Source: an uncultured virus (IMG/VR IMGVR_UViG_3300025770_000015) (Duplodnaviria; Heunggongvirae; Uroviricota; Caudoviricetes). From it: a stretch of DNA of 20,000 nucleotides. Both the position numbers and the translations under genes were made by a program. The notes beneath the pieces were generated by a model. That model saw only the letters and a program-made list of their open reading frames with translations, was not told the DNA's origin and made no database searches. The DNA lies in the IMG/VR virus record IMGVR_UViG_3300025770_000015. The stretch is one strand, 5' to 3'. Shown here in pieces: positions 17,408 through 20,000 of this stretch; the stretch's first letter is position 1; every line of letters begins with the position of its first letter.

Positions 17408-17917
17408 TTAAGAGAGAGCCTTATATAGCTTCTCCCATTGACGAACCTTTGAGTCCTCTATCGATGAGAGCATATTGAACACCTCCCAATAGCGTAAGGT
17501 GTCATCATAATCCTCTCTCCTAGAGGTTTTCTCGTTTAATAGACCCTCTACCCTACGCACAAGTATTTCTTTGCGTGTAGGGTCTTCATAGGTGTCCTCA
17601 AAGATGTCCTTCTTAGGTTCGTACTTCCACACCTCAAGCCCATACTTACGCTCTAAGGCTGTGCAAGCTCTACCAAAGTCGAGACCCTCTTTCTCCATAA
17701 CCGTTGCGATGGAGTCTCGTACCTTACCACAAGCGAAACAGAACCATGTGTTAGTCTCTGGGTAAACACGGGCAGAAGGTGCATTATCTGAACCATCTCC
17801 ATGTAGATCACAACGGAACTGTTGTTGGTGATCTCGACCATGTACATCATAGTTGTAGGCACTCAAGACAGACAGGATGGGGATCTTTTCTTTAATCCTA
17901 TCTGCTCTCTTGCTCAT
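17408..17917 (-). CDS. Stand-alone CHC2 zinc-finger protein (DnaG primase zinc-binding domain)
   Basis: CDLH...DNAPSARV...WFCFACG...D....VMEKEGLDF..A...L. No TOPRIM domain follows. Confidence 0.85.
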   Translation of the reverse strand: MSKRADRIKEKIPILSVLSAYNYDVHGRDHQQQFRCDLHGDGSDNAPSARVYPETNTWFCFACGKVRDSIATVMEKEGLDFGRACTALERKYGLEVWKYEPKKDIFEDTYEDPTRKEILVRRVEGLLNEKTSRREDYDDTLRYWEVFNMLSSIEDSKVRQWEKLYKALS

Positions 17918-18147
17918 TTCGCACCTTTTCTCATCACTCTTCTTAGTGTGCCGTAGCGTTCGTTACTCATACTTTTTATGATACAGTCACCCAACTTTAA
18001 CTCGGTTGGTGGGGGTTTTTTATCTACATAGATTGTGAGTTTATTTAACTCACAAATGTGAACCTCCACTATTCGTGTGGAGTTCAAAAAAATCATGTAC
18101 CCCAATAACGCAATAAATGTGATTAGTCCTAGTGCGTCATAATTCAT
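17914..18147 (-). CDS. Small protein with an N-terminal transmembrane or signal segment
   Basis: RBS AAGGAG, hydrophobic ALGLITFIALLGYMIFL, and ATGA coupling to the zinc-finger gene. Confidence 0.7.
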   Translation of the reverse strand: MNYDALGLITFIALLGYMIFLNSTRIVEVHICELNKLTIYVDKKPPPTELKLGDCIIKSMSNERYGTLRRVMRKGAK

Positions 18148-18199
18148 CTCATTCTCCTTTTACTTCGTACTTCTTTAATCAGTTATATATTTTAGGTGA

Positions 18200-18443
18200 C
18201 AAAACACCCCGACTCTCCTAAGAGAAGCCGAAGTGTCGGGCAAGTGAGCTGACCTCGCCAAGCATATCTGAGTCTGCGTAAAGCCCAATCGCGAGAAGAA
18301 TCTCACATCCTGGCTCAACCCCCCCTTTTGGGATTGAACCTACGACATGAGGTCAGAATCACTCATATCGACCACTACCCAATCTAGGGAGGTTTACCTT
18401 TACAACAGCATAAAGGCTTTGTCGTGGGTTAGTGGTATCACCC
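18200..18443 (-). ncRNA. Candidate structured non-coding RNA with TATAAT promoter and terminator hairpin
   Basis: TATAAT at 18455-18450. The 5' GGGUGA pairs with the 3' UUGCCC, and there are multiple internal stems with G-U wobbles on the minus strand. A ~15-bp terminal hairpin (18237-18203) ends in UUUUG. Confidence 0.65.
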
Positions 18444-18478
18444 AACTGTATTATACAATAAATAAGGGGTTACAGTTA

Positions 18479-18490
18479 TAGTTTATTTAT
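18479..18490 (+). promoter_or_regulatory. Putative late-promoter motif TAGTTTATTTAT
   Basis: Exact copy, 30 nt upstream of GTG 18521. Confidence 0.65.
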
Positions 18491-18520
18491 CATCACACAA
18501 GGTAAAGTAAAGGGGTCATC

Positions 18521-20000
18521 GTGCAGAATAAAACAAGTAGGATAAGAGTACCTAAACCATTGGTACGAGAGATTGTATCACATATATTCAGCCAAGTAGG
18601 TGTCTATAATGACCTCAGTATAAGTGTCTCAGTACCATCTCCACCGAGAGTTCATAGGTATCTTGCAGACTTAGACTTGAGAGTGGAGATAATACCTCCG
18701 AGTGCGTCTAGGAAGTTAGAATTTGAGGCTAAATACGATCCGACTAACTCTGTCATTTATGTAAATCTACCTTATTTAGAGAGTCGCTACGAAGGTAGAG
18801 AACTTGAACAATCTCTCTACAAAGTAGTCGCTCACGAGCTTGTTCATGTATATCAAATCCTCTATACAAGATCACGAGATAGCGATCCCAATGCAGTAAA
18901 CCCAACAGCAGGACTTCCTGGTCTTAGAGAGAGAACTCCACAATATAGGCAAGAAGAAGGCGACATACTTCACCATCGCCTAGACGATAATGAGTTTTAC
19001 CCACGCTTAGAGGATACGATCAATGCTATTAAATTTGTACTAAAGAGGAATCCTGGAAAATTAGTTGAAATAGTCTCTTATGTCTTAGGTGAGTCAAGTC
19101 GCCCTGTATATAGGTCTAAGCATTTAAAAGAGCCTATAGAATGGCTCATAGCTTTAGATAGATACGCACCTAGAAAGTTCATCAAAGCTGTAAGGAAGAT
19201 TAAGAATGAGTTCCCCGAAACAGCTAAACTTACCCGTCAAGCCGATTTCTTTAGACAGGTTAGCCCACCCGATGAACTGAGTACCTTTAGCAATGGCACA
19301 CCCACGGGTAAAGGTACAGATCTTGAAGATAAGGGTGAGGGGTCACAACTGCCTAATGGAGATGGGGCTAGGGACATAGGTCGTCCTAGCCCCGACTCAC
19401 CGAATCTCAAATCAAGAAATCTTGATCGTTCTGAGTCATATGGCAGGAAACCCGCTGAAAAACAAGACTTTGGTTATGTTCATGATAGTGGTAGCGGTAG
19501 TGCTAGGGTTATCCCTTATGATAGTGGTTTTGCGAACAACTCATCTCCTCTGAGAAAAGCATCCTCCAAAGTTAAACCCATGTTTTTAGGGTCTGACGGG
19601 TCAGCGATGGCTTATGATTTCTACTTTATGCGAGTCGAAAAAGACTACTATTATCACTACACATACAGAGATCGTGCTGATGAGATCATTGAAGATGGAC
19701 ATCTAAGACCTAACTTCTACAAAGACCAGCCTGGTGCTAAAGGTGTGTTCGCTATTTCTGGATCTTATGGGCAAGTGGTTACGAGTCTTCAAGTCAGTGG
19801 TTCTAGGAAAGAACACATGGATAAAATCGTAGCTCTCAAGTTTAAGACTAGAACTGAGCCTAAGTATGGATATCCCGAAGAAGTCATTTGGGATAAGCCT
19901 GTGAAACTTATTCGACCAGAGATTGTGGGCGTTTCAAAAGCAGTATCCGATCTGAACCGAAATGAAGACTTGGGAGAGAACTTCAAGGTGTTTTACGACT
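18521..20000 (+). CDS. 3'-partial multidomain protein: zincin metallopeptidase-like domain plus ADP-ribosyltransferase-like domain
   Basis: Missing from the ORF track because it has no stop inside the window. It starts at a GTG after AAGGGG and is open for 493 codons (MQNKTSRIRVPKPLV...). HELVH is at 18833-18847 with downstream DNEFYP. YYHYT...IIEDGHLRP...GVFAIS...PEEVIW begins at ~19649. Confidence 0.85.
   Translation, partial: MQNKTSRIRVPKPLVREIVSHIFSQVGVYNDLSISVSVPSPPRVHRYLADLDLRVEIIPPSASRKLEFEAKYDPTNSVIYVNLPYLESRYEGRELEQSLYKVVAHELVHVYQILYTRSRDSDPNAVNPTAGLPGLRERTPQYRQEEGDILHHRLDDNEFYPRLEDTINAIKFVLKRNPGKLVEIVSYVLGESSRPVYRSKHLKEPIEWLIALDRYAPRKFIKAVRKIKNEFPETAKLTRQADFFRQVSPPDELSTFSNGTPTGKGTDLEDKGEGSQLPNGDGARDIGRPSPDSPNLKSRNLDRSESYGRKPAEKQDFGYVHDSGSGSARVIPYDSGFANNSSPLRKASSKVKPMFLGSDGSAMAYDFYFMRVEKDYYYHYTYRDRADEIIEDGHLRPNFYKDQPGAKGVFAISGSYGQVVTSLQVSGSRKEHMDKIVALKFKTRTEPKYGYPEEVIWDKPVKLIRPEIVGVSKAVSDLNRNEDLGENFKVFYD

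Noticed and set aside
18317..18394. Canonical tRNA-Gln gene
   Set aside because: The T stem does not pair, the anticodon loop is 10 nt and there is no proper 3' end. It is kept only as a tRNA-like observation.
18200..18443. tmRNA, RNase P RNA or group I/II intron
   Set aside because: I could not find their hallmark conserved sequences, and the element does not interrupt a gene.
12528..19986. Short overlapping ORFs within the WGR, portal, zinc-finger and last genes (e.g. 13805-14191, 15742-16143, 19789-19986)
   Set aside because: They are shadow ORFs. 19789-19986 is antisense to the real ORF starting at 18521.
1..20000. Stop-codon reassignment, as seen in some large phages
   Set aside because: Long conserved genes are intact in the standard code, and TAA, TGA and TAG all end genes (TAG for the ORFs ending at 6633, 9171 and 10403).

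Overview
This looks like a 20-kb segment of a large tailed-phage (jumbo-type) genome using the standard genetic code. The left half is a DNA-metabolism block: a 5'-partial HARP/SNF2 helicase, a MORC-like GHKL ATPase, a class II (B12) ribonucleotide reductase, and divergent delta-like and delta'-like clamp-loader subunits. These are followed by a ~700-bp ORF-free region holding a structured-RNA-like domain and an array of perfect inverted repeats (candidate origin). The right half holds a portal gene, a stand-alone CHC2 primase zinc-finger protein, a WGR-domain protein, a second structured ncRNA candidate (minus strand, 18443-18200), and a 3'-partial zincin + ADP-ribosyltransferase-like protein that the ORF track missed. 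The strongest candidate for an undescribed system is a late virion-cargo regulon. It combines a recurring 12-nt motif (TAGTTTATTTAT) upstream of several genes, RBS-sequestering hairpins overlapping that motif, and a 20-aa leader peptide (MR[KR]SA[ST]EVIxxLEMRIARLE) shared by two unrelated proteins, once as an internal in-frame start. [KR]-x-[AS] motifs at domain junctions may be maturation cleavage sites. All functional calls come from motif recognition by eye; no searches were run.
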